This document shows positions 25,735 through 38,929 of a DNA stretch of 64,000 nt, piece after piece (the first letter of the stretch is position 1; every line of letters begins with the position of its first letter). The stretch covers positions 13,768,984 through 13,832,983 of the forward strand of contig NC_068992.1 of NCBI RefSeq assembly GCF_001194135.2, written 5' to 3'. The position numbers were made by a program, and so were the translations under genes. Under the pieces are notes generated by a model. It ran no database searches. It saw only the letters and a list, made by a program, of their open reading frames with translations, and had not been told where the DNA came from. This DNA comes from Octopus bimaculoides (taxonomy: Eukaryota).

Positions 25735-25960
25735 AGTACACAACTCTAAACCCCTTCAAAATATGATTCTCTGACTTAAATGCATTTGTTGTAACACTTC
25801 AGTTACTTCGCAAAGGACCCACGAAAATCCTCCAAAATGTAGGTGTCCTGGAGCCTTCTTATAGACTCCTACATCTGCTTCTTCAAGTTCGGAAGAAAGG
25901 TCTGAGTTACAGGGAGGGTGTGGGAAAGTTTTCATGCTCATCTTCGTCAAGTGGTTGACT
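25735..25960 (-). mobile_element. Mariner transposase 3' fragment
   Basis: Reverse translation MKTFPHPPCNSDL (cf. HPPYSPDL) and EDFRGSFAK*LKCYNKCI*VRESYFEG (mariner C-terminus); appears to be the same family as 27900-28900. Confidence 0.7.
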
Positions 25961-26382
25961 ATTTCCCCAAGAAACTTGATGAAGGTTGGAGGGTATATCA
26001 ACCGAATGGTTGTGTTAAAAACAAACAAGATGGGGACAAATATCCGTCAAATAATGTAAATAATGTATTTAATTCCTCATCTCTTAAATATAGAACTGTA
26101 TTAACTTACAGAAATGTTTTGTCTATAGTAATTAAATGTTTGTTCGGCACTCCCACTATTCGCTCACTCTCTCACTCAAATCAGTGTTGTCTAAATAGGT
26201 GGACGGCATATCACATGTCAGGCGTCGGAGTGATCGCAGAGCAGCAGCAGACAAAGTATTTAGATCGAAACCACAAAATATCCAGCAACCCGTGAATCGA
26301 AACTACGGCTTTACGACTGAGAATCAAATAACCAAATTTATATACCACAAGCCTTCCAACACACACAACCGTGCTATATATA

Positions 26383-26709
26383 TCTCTTTTACTTGTTTCA
26401 GTCATTTGACTGCGGCCATGCTGGAGCACCGCCTTTAGTCGAGCAAATCGACCCCAGGACTTATTCTTTGTAAGCCTAGTACTTATTCTATCGGTCTCTT
26501 TTGCCGAACCGCTATGTTACGGGGACGTAAACACACCAGCATCGGTTGTAAAGCGATGTTGGGAGGACAAACACAGACACACAAACACGCACACACACAC
26601 ACACATATATATATACATATATATACGACGGGCTTCGTTCAGTTTCCGTCTACCAAATCCACTCACAAGGCTTTGGTCGGCCCGAGGCTATAGTAGAAGA
26701 CACTTGCCC
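26383..26709 (-). mobile_element. SINE family D (OR2-like), well-preserved copy cut by gap
   Basis: TTTCAGTCATTTGACTGCGGCCATGCTGGAGCACCGCC...GTTTCCGTCTACCAAATCCACTCACAAGGCTTTGGTCGGCCCGAGGCTATAGTAGAAGACACTTGCCC. Confidence 0.93.
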
Positions 26710-26853
26710 NNNNNNNNNNNNNNNNNNNNNNNNNNNNNNNNNNNNNNNNNNNNNNNNNNNNNNNNNNNNNNNNNNNNNNNNNNNNNNNNNNNNNNNNNNN
26801 NNNNNNNNNNNNNNNNNNNNNNNNNNNNNNNNNNNNNNNNNNNNNNNNNNNNN

Positions 26854-26887
<34 letters not shown>

Positions 26888-27226
26888 TGTATGTATGTAT
26901 AAATGTGTGCGTGTGTTTGCGTGTATTTGTGTATATATATATATTTCTGCACGCGTATGTACTTAATGATATTAAACTTAGATATGATTTGCAGAATTTA
27001 ATACAATATTCCTATTAAATCTCTAATAAACCAATAAACCTATTATAGTAACTTGTCAAAATTTAACTATTGCATAATTTCATTCAGTATATTAGATTTC
27101 ATGTTATTCGTTTCATACGTTAGAATATATTATTGATGACGTTAGAAATCCTATTAATAGTTTTGCTTCAAAATCGATTATGGAATTCAATTATTTTGGG
27201 GACTAAACACTGACAAATATGTAAAA

Positions 27227-27540
27227 GCCGATAGCTCAAGGGTTAGAGCGTTGGGATTACAATCGTGCAGTTGTGATTCCGATTCCCTGACCAGGCTCTT
27301 CGTTGTGTTCTTGAGTAAGACATTTTATTCCCCTTTGCTGCAGTTCACTCAGCTGTGGAAATGAGCTGCAACGTCACTAGTATCAAGTTGTGTCGGTATT
27401 TGCCTTTCACTTGGATAACATCGGTTGCGTGGAGAGGGTAGGCCGGTACGCATGGGTGACTGCTGTCCTTCAACAAAACAACCATGTTGAGACTTGTGCC
27501 TTAGAGGGGAACTTTCTAGGCGCAATCCCATAGTCATTCG
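27227..27540 (+). mobile_element. SINE family C (tRNA head + CORE-like)
   Basis: GCCGATAGCTCAAGGGTTAGAGCG (tRNA-like A box), GTTGTGTTCTTGAGTAAGACATTTT (CORE-like), CACTCAGCTGTGGAAATGAG. Confidence 0.82.
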
Positions 27541-27899
27541 GAACCCTTTTACACTCAGAAATTCACACAAACAGACGCATACGGATTCACCTGCTCTTAT
27601 GCACGTGTACATATATGTGTGCGTGTACGTATATGTGTGTGTGTGTGCGTGTGTATGTTTTTCGTAATTATATATTCAATTATATATTCAATATATACAC
27701 ATGTGTGTGTGAGTGTGTGTGCGTGTCTGTGTTTGTGGATGAATATATATATATATATATAGCTATTGAGGATAGTAGAGTAGAATAAGACGCGAAATTA
27801 TCCCCCGTCTGTTAGAGATCTTGAAATGGAAAATGTTATGGTGTCCATCAACATAGCTTTCCTCATAAGGTATTATGAGGTTGAGCCAATAATATGGGA

Positions 27900-28900
27900 A
27901 AATCAAAATTCTCAAATGTCTATTAGTTGAGTCAAATCTTAGACCGACTCATATACAAATGCACGTTCAAGTGCTCTAATAATTGAACTTAACTGTTAGG
28001 TTTACATCAACTGCAGATATACAAGGTTCATTCAAGACGTTTTGAGACATTTTCAGGAAAGACAATTATTAATTTCAAAGTGTCTTAAAAAAGAACTATA
28101 CTTGAGATTCTCCTAAAGCTTGGAAAAAACAACTAAAATTTACAGTGAGCAAGATCTATAATGAAGGGAGGGTGAGGTACAGCTTTCCTGCATATTCCTG
28201 TCAAGTAATTGGCTACCATGATAGAACTTTGGAGTGGTTCAATATCCTGGTGCAGGTGCCACCGATCAATCCGAATGGATGATCACTGACTTTTTGCGAC
28301 TAAATCTCTATCTGAACTCCCTCAAAATCTCCACAATGTACTCTTTGTTGAACGTCGAGCCAGAAGAAACCAAGTAAAGATAGATTATGTTTTTGCTGGG
28401 AAAAAAAGGCTATCATGAGTTTCCAGGTTGGCCCTGAGTTCTAGCACCTGGAGGAGCCAGAATGCTTCCATTGGGCACACTGTCTCTTGATGTTTGGATC
28501 ATAACAGTCGATCTAGCTTTCCTCATCAGAGACACAAGTACTCTCAAATTGGAAAGAATGATCTCAACCGTCTCCCAACTGTCAATTTCTTTCTCTTCGT
28601 CACTGAGCACCTCGGGAAAAGGTTCTTGTCTTTCAAGATACACGGTGATTTCCATCCAGAAAATTTTGAATTTTCTTAAGCAGCTACCCTCCTTGAACCT
28701 CTTGTGCTATTGTGTAACAGAGGCACTTGCCATACAAGTTAATCCATAAGCGGTCTGGAGTATTTCTTTAACAGTTTTTCACGGTGTAACACAAAATAGT
28801 TCAGAAGTTATATCATATGCCAACATTCGACCAGTGTCTTTCCTTGGTATTACAGAGAAAGCGATGATCTACCAACAAATCGTTCTCCCTTCTGCAAGCA
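27900..28900 (-). pseudogene. Degenerate mariner transposase (DNA transposon relic)
   Basis: Reverse translation in correct order: EILQTAYGLTCMASASVTQ*HKRFKEG (HTH); SDEES*IDCYDPNIKRQCAQWKHSGS (D1); RWHLHQD (D2); VPHPPFIIDLAHCKF (D3). Internal deletions and stops; TIRs not confidently identified. Confidence 0.88.
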
Positions 28901-31299
28901 GAATTATTCAGTGTTACATAATTTTATAAGAATAACCTGATACATATTATAAAAACAAAAAAGAACACTAAATTTTATTGCAGCCACTCAGTTTCAACAT
29001 CATACTCCAGTCCATGAAGTACAAACAGAAGTATAAATAGGATCCTAGCAGAGCGGAAGGATGCATTCTGAAGACATATTATACTACTCAGCTGAGTAAT
29101 ATGGTATTTCTGTGCCTTTTATCTGTCGCGACATATTATTCAGGCTGTCATGGAAACCAATTTTGCACCCAACAACTAATAATTGTCATTTATAATATAT
29201 ATACATATTTCTCATATTCGACCATTTTACTTTTATATCGATATTTATATTGTTTTATAATACATTGAAAACTGGAACGTTTAATTATGTTTACGTGTAA
29301 ATCATAAACTTTAGATGATAACAAACAACATTCCGGGAATTGACGAGAATAGAAAATTATTGAGACTACAGAATATAAAATTCTGATTCGATTACAAATA
29401 TGTGATATTTTGCAAAATGTAAATACTTCTACATAAGTAGTCATATATATGTGCGAGCGTATATATATATATATATATATACACGCACGCACACACGCAC
29501 GCACACACACACACACACATACACACACACACTCACACACACCCACACGTATATATATATATATATATGCACACACATACACTCACATATACATATACAT
29601 ATACGTTATATACCTGCATAAATATATATATGTATTCACATACACACACGCAAACGCTCACATGTAAATGGATACATACATATGTGTGTGTATATATGTC
29701 CGTATGTATATATGTATGTATATGCCACTGTGGATGGATGTGCGTGTGGATGACACTATGCACATGTAAATATATGAGCGTTCACAATTTCAACATGTGT
29801 ATGATACATACGCACACAAACACACACATACGCATACACAAACAAAGCACACATACGCACGAAGACTGGCACCACATCTCTAGTTTGTGTTTGTCTCACT
29901 GTGTGTGTGAGGGAGGAGTTTGATTAATTGATTGAACTTGACTTTGGAAGCTCGCCTCAGGACTCAGACAACCGCCCGAGGATACAAAAGATAGCTTTTT
30001 GATTTTCAAAATACCAATAAGCAATGTTTATGTTTGTGACACTCGGTTTTTCGGTATGACATTCACCTTAGTTGTGTGCAGTTGCTATCTGAAGGTTTAG
30101 GTCAAATTTTTTTGAAACATTAGGGAAATTATGCAAACATTTTGATTTGATAACCTCAACTATGTCCATAATGTACGTCAAGATAGAAACATCATTTTGG
30201 AATAGTTGTATTTCATTACTACAACATGATATTGTCGTCAAAATGAAGGAATCATATGCTGCGTATTTTCTTTCTTTTCTGAATATCGGGTCATCTATCA
30301 GTCGTATAGAAATCACTAGGCTATCATTTTAAATCACCACTTTATAGAACATAATGTTTTGTAGAGCATATTTTTTATTTGCTTTTCAAAGTATAATATA
30401 TGTTCCTATGCCTTACAACCATCAGATTTTATCGTGAATGCACGTAATAAATACACATCTACTTATATCCATTATGAAGTTGTTGTAGCTTATATCATTT
30501 TGCTTCTTACTTTCTTCTTCCGCAATTCCGAATGGCCTTCACAAACAGCTTCAACCTAAACGAAAATATTTACTTAATCGCTGCATTTCCTTAAGTAGGT
30601 GTTCCTACTATTTATTTTCCTTTGTGTCATTTATATAAACTCTTATAGTTGTGTGTATTGTTTGCAAAAGATCTCCATTTATAAGGAAGAAATTGTATAT
30701 TGATCTCCAAAACTTATTGTAACTAAATACAAATACATTGGACCTAATATAATATGTGCTTTTACTTCAGATATTTGTGAATGAGTAAGGCAGAGTTTTC
30801 TTGGCAAAAGAATTTTAAAAACGAATAACATATTTACATTATTGAGATATCTCTCGTTTTTATCATTCCCCTTTCTCCCTTCCTCGGTTTAGAAAGAGTT
30901 ACAATGTTTATGATACAAGTATTACCGGTGTGCCAGGTGGAAGTCGAACGTTTCCGTCGGTTCTCATCTCGGGTGGTGAGATCAAGTTATTTTGCCGAAC
31001 AGCGATAAAAATTTATTCATTACATATAAAAAGAAAGCAATTACATTTTATGAAAACTAGTTATAGCCTGTTGCGACAACTATAGAAATCAGATCAAATA
31101 AACAAAATTCTTAGTATAGAAACATATTTATTTTATCTTTACTATGTTCCAGAAAAGTTTTATAAACTCATAAGAATAAATTATCAGCGTCGAAGCAGTA
31201 TAAGTATCAAAAGGCAATCTGTATACCCAACTTAATGTTAATGTTACAACACCGTATTCGGGGTTCTCTCTGATTAAGTGTGTGTCTCTGTGTGTCTGT

Positions 31300-31545
31300 C
31301 TCTGTGGGTCTGTCTGAGTGTGTATGACTGAGTCTGTGTGTGTGTCTGTCTTTGTCACTCTCCCCCATTTGACAACCGGGGTTAGTGTGTTTACGTGCCT
31401 ATAACTTAGTGATTCGACAAAAGGGTCCGATGGAATAAGTACCTGGCTTAAAAAAACGTACTGTTTGCGATTCGTTGGACTAAAACTCCTTCACCGTAGT
31501 GTCCCAGCATGGCTGCAGTCTGACATTTGTAACAACTAAAAGATT
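31300..31545 (+). mobile_element. SINE family D 3' half
   Basis: TTGACAACCGGGGTTAGTGTGTTTACGTGCCTATAACTTAG..GAATAAGTACC..CCCAGCATGGCTGCAGTC. Confidence 0.75.
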
Positions 31546-31699
31546 AAAATGTAATATATATATATATATATATATATGGCAAGGCAACAAAAGTATGAAA
31601 GAGACCTCGATATTATGTAAACAGAGGAATTTATCTGTAAATATAATAGGTGACAATTATTCGGTAGCCATGATAAAACTCCAAGCTTCGGATGTCGGG

Positions 31700-32200
31700 G
31701 CGGAAACCCACGCGGGCATCTTTTCAGTTATAATATAGTAGAAGCAATAGCCGCTCATAATAAAAAGGAATACTGGTGGAATGTACCAGTGAAGACCTCA
31801 ATAAAATGTAAGCACAACATACCTGATATAGTGATTTGGCATAGAGAAGAGAAACAGTGCACAGTTGTGGAAGTAGCTGCCCGGCAGATGTTAAAATAAA
31901 ACTGAAGATCAGTGAAAAAAGAACAGTTACGCTGAACTATTGAGAAATCTACAGTTGCCCTATGCAGATTAAAAATTCAGATTTATACCTGTAATTATTG
32001 GGGCTCTGGGATATGCAATACACTGCCTAAATACCAATCTTGAGAAATTAGGCTTCCCAAACAAGAAATTAGAAAGCTAATTCGAAGACTACAGATCCAG
32101 TCCATCACCAGAAGTGTGAAATACAGTAAAACGTACCAGAAATTTATCATTTAAATATGAGTATATCTAGATATGCAACTATATGCATGAGAATAAATAC
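31700..32200 (+). mobile_element. R4/Dong-type non-LTR retrotransposon 3' end (restriction-like endonuclease domain)
   Basis: EYWWNVPVKTSIKCKHNIPDIVIWHREEKQCTVVEV/CPAD../NSYAELLRNLQL..KFRFIPVIIGALG shows the PD-(D/E)xK RLE pattern, with two frameshifts and a stop. Confidence 0.9.
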
Positions 32201-32821
32201 ATAAAACATACAAATTTGCACTTACATACATATATACATACAAACAATAATCGCTTGTTGTTGATGTTGAAATTCCAATGAAGGAACCTTGGATCTAGGT
32301 TAGAAACCGGTTCTTTCTTTATTGGAAAGAAACCTTGAAGTAAACTGAATACTGGCATGCATACATTCATAAATGTATAACGGGGACGTTGGAAATAAGT
32401 ATACACGCCTGTAGTTCATAATAATAAGTATTTCGCTCCGAGAACGAACCGTAAGACTTGGCTTGTTGCGGCTGTTCATCAAGAGAGTTTTCATCCCTTT
32501 CAACAATCTGTTTTTCATTACAATCCTTGTTCGATTTTGAAGTATCTACACTGCAGGGTCAAATATATTTTTACATTCTAGGCATACATATTTACTTAAG
32601 AATTCTCCGGACATAAGCAATCTGTGATTTACTTAATATGTATGAATGAATATACGTTTGTGAATGTGTGTAAGAGTTGTATATAGTTGTACGCACGCAC
32701 GCACGCACAGACACACATACTTGTTAGATTTAAATAACGAGAAGTTGTCAACTTTAAGAACAACAAATATTATTTATCAAGGGAATATTACTACGTTGTT
32801 TTTCTTTCGTTTATATTCTCT

Positions 32822-32896
<75 letters not shown>

Positions 32897-34054
32897 TTAT
32901 GCGCGTATACACCTTTGGTTTTTCCTGCGTACATGCGATTGCACGTCCCTATATGGTTCGTTTGCGTGCGCATGTATGCGCCTACGTGCGGTACGAGAGA
33001 CGTAATAGTTGTAATGTTGATTCAGAGATGATTGCTGTTTGGAAATATTCTGCAGAACTATTTTAATTTTTAATTTTTTCCATCTTTTATATATGACGTT
33101 ATTGTTAAAGTAATTTTCCAACTTTTGACAAGCGTACAAAACTTACAAATATCAGAGGGAAAAAAAATACTAAACTTTTTCTCAAAGAAATGAAATTGCA
33201 ATTTTGCATAGTCCTTATCTTCTATTCACATATGCCTTAACTATTTTTTCTTAGCTTGTATAATTTTACGATTAAAAAAGTAACGCCAAAAATTCTTCTT
33301 TAAATGTATTTTTATGTATATTTGGAAAATTTATTTACTATTTTTGAGCTGGGTTTTCGTTTTTTATGAATTTCAAATTTCAAATAAGTTTATAAGATCG
33401 AAATATAGTTGTTTTTTTTTTCCAACTATTTTAGTTCGATAGCATTGCTGAGTTTTTTCGAAGGTTGTGTTTTTTTGTTATTTATTTCTCTTCCTTTCAT
33501 TAATTTGTTATCTAGAAGAATGCGCAAAAAGCCAATTAAACATCCTGTCTTCTGAATGGATATTTCGATTTTTCCTACTTTCTTATAATATTATATTTTT
33601 TCGTATTTACCAAAGCATTTACACTTTTTTTTTACTATATACTATATAAAGTGTCATAAGATAATATAATCAACTTGTAGCTATCTTTGTATAATGAGAT
33701 GCTACAGACGTTAAATCATTAGATTAAAATGAACTGCACTACTTCGTGTTGCGCCTATATGTCTTGCAAGTTCAAGTCTTTCACACGCCTGCTTTAGTAG
33801 TAAACCATCTTCTGTAAAATACTGAGACCCCGCTTAATATAAAATGTATCTCCTTTAATAAATATATTTATATATACACACCAAGCAATGGGAAAGTTTT
33901 GGAAATTTAGTTATCATTTATTTCTGGAAAATATGGTATTCAAATTAGTTTCCCTTATTTCAGTAGACACATCAAGTCTGCAACAGTCTCGTGTACTTCA
34001 TTTATACAGGTAATCTAGCTACTCTACCTAGGCAATATTTCCGTTAATATTCAC

Positions 34055-34200
34055 GCCGATGGTAGCGCATGTCACTGCGGTTTGGGCAGTGGGCTCACAA
34101 ACATTAGTTCAAGAGTTTGACTCTGTGTTGTCTTTGAATATATATCTTCCTTTTCGTTGCCTCAGCACACTCAACTGAAAGTGGCAGGTTATACAGTGAA
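34055..34200 (+). mobile_element. Very degenerate CORE-like SINE
   Basis: GGTAGCGCATG..GTTCAAGAG..TGTGTTGTCTTTGAAT..GTTGCCTCAGCACACTCAACTG. Confidence 0.35.
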
Positions 34201-35288
34201 AGACTTACATCATATTCCACCGCATAATTTATCCGGAGACCCTTAGAATTTCTAATAACATGTGTCTGCAGGCTCAAGGTAGATCATTTTTCAATATGAA
34301 CTACAAAGAGGACTGTATACATCTTTTGTTGACTCACATAGATGAATACTGCCCTCGTAATATAGCACAACACTTTAACGACTTCGATAATACGGATTCG
34401 CCATATCTAGTCTGCTTAGACACAACAGATAACTTAGAGGAACGGCTGTCGGTATTCTGTGGGTGGAGAAATTGTAAAATGGAAGCTTAGTATTAAAACA
34501 ATTGTGTTGGAGGTACTTGCTTTGGATTCGAGCTATGATAACCTGAGTTAAATCGTACCGAGATGATATGGAACAAACTGGTTGCAGAGACGGAATTTGA
34601 ACTGATGAACTAAGTGTTTTGTGTTAATAAAGGATACTTATGCACTGGTCTCCTGATGCTTATGCAATAAATCAACCAAATAACAAAGGGGCTCAACTCT
34701 AATTCGCAGACTACTGTCGGAAGTAAACTGCAAAACAGGTGTGTTACAATATAAAGCTGTGTACATATACATGGGTGCATATATAAATATCTCGCCTATA
34801 TGATGTGCTTGCATGTCACTTTCATGCAGAAATGCATATGCTTCATTATTTCTTATGTATTTCATGCTAGTTTCCGAGTGTCCCTTATGCGCATGCGATT
34901 CTGTACATATATATATTTTATCCATAGAATTCAAATGTAGAAAACTAGGAATATTTTACAAATGTTCACGGTACCGTTCAAAGCCTATTGTTATTTAGAA
35001 GATGCGAAACGGTGTCCTTACTTTTCAAGATTTCGAGACATTTCTACCAATGAATTCTTACATGAAGCAGTGCAGCTCTATTAATCGAAATATGAGACAA
35101 GGTATGTATGCGCTTCATTAAGAATGATGCAGTGAATCTCTCGGTAATGCGGGAGTAACTCCTAACAACTATGTACACACATATGTATTGCAATTTTATA
35201 GAAAATCACATGTATGTCTATAGACACATACTCAGGTCAATGCTCTCACTGCTTCATATTTATATATTGTCTGTGTTTTTGCGTGTAC

Positions 35289-35348
<60 letters not shown>

Positions 35349-35386
35349 ATTTATGCATATATATACATTAATCTGTGCATTATCAC

Positions 35387-35428
<42 letters not shown>

Positions 35429-35994
35429 TATGTGTATATATATATGTATATTTATATATGTGTATATATATATACATATTTATCTATATATATTTATAAA
35501 TATATACTTACATATATATATATATATATATCATATATATATATATACAGATACCTAGATAAGTNNNNNNNNNNNNNNNNNNNNNNNNNNNNNNNNNNNN
35601 NNNNNNNNNNNNNNNNNNNNNNNNNNNNNNNNNNNNNNNNNNNNNNNNNNNNNNNNNNNNNNNNNNNNNNNNNNNNNNNNNNNNNNNNNNNNNNNNNNNN
35701 NNNNNNNNNNNNNNNNNNNNNNNNNNNNNNNNNNNNNNNNNNNNNNNNNNNNNNNNNNNNNNNNNNNNNNNNNNNNNNNNNNNNNNNNNNNNNNNNNNNN
35801 NNNNNNNNNNNNNNNNNNNNNNNNNNNNNNNNNNNNNNNNNNNNNATATATCATATATATATATATATATATCATATATATATATATACAGATACCTAGA
35901 TAAGTAGATAGATATAAATATATGGTTATATGTATGTATGTATATATATATATATATATATACATATATCTATGTATACATCTATGTTTACATC

Positions 35995-36076
<82 letters not shown>
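35995..36076 (+). repeat. (GATA)n microsatellite, about 20 units
   Basis: Direct reading. Confidence 0.97.
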
Positions 36077-36077
<1 letters not shown>

Positions 36078-36775
36078 GGCCCGTTACCAATTAAAAACTA
36101 ACGCAAATTAATAAAGAAGGGCACAAGATAGAACCAATGTTGCTAGAAATAATAGCCAAAACAACTCGAATAAACACACAAAGCACTAACCTGACAGGTT
36201 GACAAAAGCGAGGGAGAGAGCCAAAGCACTTCTCCATGGTGAGATGAATTCCCATATGAATTGCAATCAAATTTGAATTTTTCAAAGGGACTTTGTAAGA
36301 CAAGCTAAAACGCAGAAAACGGCCAACAGGCATGCGCTGAAGTCTTGCAAACAGTAGAAAGTAAGAGTCTTCTTCCTCGAAAGAATATTCGATGACCACA
36401 AATCGATTCGAAACTAGTTTCTCGAAATTGGTGCTCAAGCCTTGAAAAAAAAAGGAGCTAAACTACATCAGCCGTAAGGGAATACATGTTTATTTTATCT
36501 AACTCGTCCAGTAGAGCCCACTGTTGCTCGAACTTCGATCTAACTCCGAGCTTGGGACAACAACTCGTGTTGGATAAACTCGAATAGTAAGCTCTTTGCT
36601 CTTTATAACCGTTTTATGAAGACACGTGCATGCCACGTGCAATAGACAGTCTAGCTAAACGTGACACTTTCAATACAGTAACCATAAGAGCATCACAGCA
36701 AACCACAGAATATACCCAAGGCGCACAGAGCTGCGCTCGGTAGTGAAGTGAAAGCACGCTATAAAAATAAATCTA

Positions 36776-36779
<4 letters not shown>

Positions 36780-36839
<60 letters not shown>
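36780..36839 (+). repeat. (AAT)n microsatellite
   Basis: Direct reading. Confidence 0.97.
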
Positions 36840-36840
<1 letters not shown>

Positions 36841-38081
36841 TCCTTTTACTATAGGTGCAATGCCTGCAATTTAAAAAAAGAAAGCGAGGATAGTCGATTT
36901 CATCGACTTGGTTCTTCATTGATAATCACTAATAATTGTATGTGTGTGCGCGTGTTCGTAACTATTGGAAATACTATCTTAGTTTAAGTCGAACTCAGAA
37001 CCGGTATGTGTCTAAATCGATTTATCACCCAAAATGCCGCTGGTCATTTGGAGAATTTCTCTAATTTATGTGATATAAGCTGTAATAAGCACCAACAATA
37101 AAAATCGTTTTGCTGAATAAAATCATATTTACGTAAAAAAATATAAGCACTAATTCGAAAAAATATAAATATATCATATATTATAATAAATTCCAAATTC
37201 GCTAGAATCATGAAAACATAACTATTGCTTATGAATTTCTCTCGTTTTCTTTTTCTTATCATACTCTCAGTCTCGTGAGTATGAATATGTTGTTATGGAA
37301 ACTAAAGTAATGTGTCAAAAAAAAAAAGTCTCTGTAAACAAAAGCTAAATTTCACTAAAGTATATTTTGAAGAGAAATTGTAATATTAAAATGTTAGACG
37401 TTTAGTGGGTTTTTTTCTTCCATTCATGAAGTTATCACACACAAATATATGATTTTAAAACATCTTTTCCTTTATTTAACACAACATGGGGAAGAAATAA
37501 ATATATTCTGACCTTTTATTTAGCTTTGTATTTTTATTTTCTATATACTTTTAGCAGTTATTTGGAAGAGTAAAAAAGTTTCGTTTAATATTTCGTCAAG
37601 CTATCTAACTCATAGTCCATGAATACTGATATATTTTAACAGAGAATATGTCTGCAATGTTAAATACTATTCATTATGGATATATTGTTTGGACTTTTTG
37701 AGAAAGTTTGTATAGAAAATCTACCTGTTGATGGCTTTTAATAAATAATTCACTCTGCAAGTAAATATTGTTGTAAAGTTTTAACCACCTGCAGTAAAGT
37801 GCATTGTCGATGGCTGGGCATGGAAGGCTTCACCTTTATGTAAATTATCACAAGAGTGCGAAATATATGAGACAGCATTAGTCAATATTTTCTGGTCAAT
37901 CCGCTACCTAACGTCGCATTGTAATATACTGTCATAATGCAGAATTAATTTTAATACGAATATACAAAAGAAAATGCATTCAATAAAAACAAAATAACAC
38001 AAACATACACACCCATATGTGTGTGTGGGTGTGTGTGTGTGTGGGTGTGTGGGTGTGTGGGTGTGCGCGCGCGCGTGTATA

Positions 38082-38620
38082 CTAGCAGAGACACCTGGCG
38101 TTGCCCGGGAACGAAATATTTCCTTATATATTGGAAGAAAAAAGCAAAATAATTTGTTTAGAAATTTGTTTTCCTAAATTCAATTTATTACTCAGTTGGG
38201 ATGCAATGTATTTTTTATGAATCTAATTGTTTGGGTACCATACAGTACTTTCATACACTGCATTGATGGATGGATATAGAATATCCTGCATTTCTTCACT
38301 GATTCGTTGATGTACAAATTTTCAATATATATTTTTTTCTTTTATATGTCATATCTACTTGGAGAAGGCTGTAGAATATCTGTTTCCCTAATCACTGAAG
38401 ATCGCTTTATGAGAGAGGGGAAATATTGTTTAAGGTAGCCGTCTCTTATATTCATGAGATTGTATCATTTCCAGGCCACTCGCTTGAGATTTACCGTCGC
38501 TTCTCAGATAAATTGTTTCATAATCCAGTTTATATTGGCAGGGTGCATTTCAGTTTTCCTACTGGTGATGGTATATGCAATTTCCATTTCCATTTTGTAA
38601 AATGTGCAAGTTTTATTTTA
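38082..38620 (-). mobile_element. Helitron 3' terminus with degenerate helicase C-terminus
   Basis: Reverse strand ends CCCGGGCAACGCCAGGTGTCTCTGCTAG|T, i.e. GC-rich subterminal hairpin + CTAG + T, the canonical Helitron 3' end. Upstream on the same strand, LGKQIFYSLLQV...MQDILYP weakly resembles the Pif1-like helicase end. 5' end not found. Confidence 0.6.
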
Positions 38621-38929
38621 GCAAATATTTCCGACATTTTTTATGATGGTACAATAACTCTCCAAACATCACATCAAATATTACTAACAGTATTCCTCTT
38701 GCTCATTAACATAAATTGATTTACGCTTATATATTCCACATATCAAACATTAGTATTATATTCCTTATATAATATATATATATTGTTATTTATATCTAAT
38801 TTGTTTAATTTGTTGTGACACTATATTTCTTCAACGTTGTATGTGCTATTCAGTTAAAAAGTTGTTATTCTTTAGCCCTTAATCTAAAATTCTGTATATA
38901 TAACATCATTTTTTAAAGATTTATTTCTC

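Noticed and set aside
27227-27300. tRNA-like sequence GCCGATAGCTCAAGGGTTAGAGCG
   Set aside because: No complete cloverleaf; it continues into the SINE family C body, so it is a SINE head and not a tRNA gene.
30771-30784. 14-nt micro-exon candidate (TTACTTCAG|ATATTTGTGAATGA|GTAAG) resembling an EGF DIDEC start
   Set aside because: It reads D-I-C-E-stop in that phase and has no supporting neighbouring exons.
30925-30990. Reverse-strand GAGATGAG...GGAAACGTT hammerhead-like motif
   Set aside because: The core lacks CUGA and no closing stems are evident.
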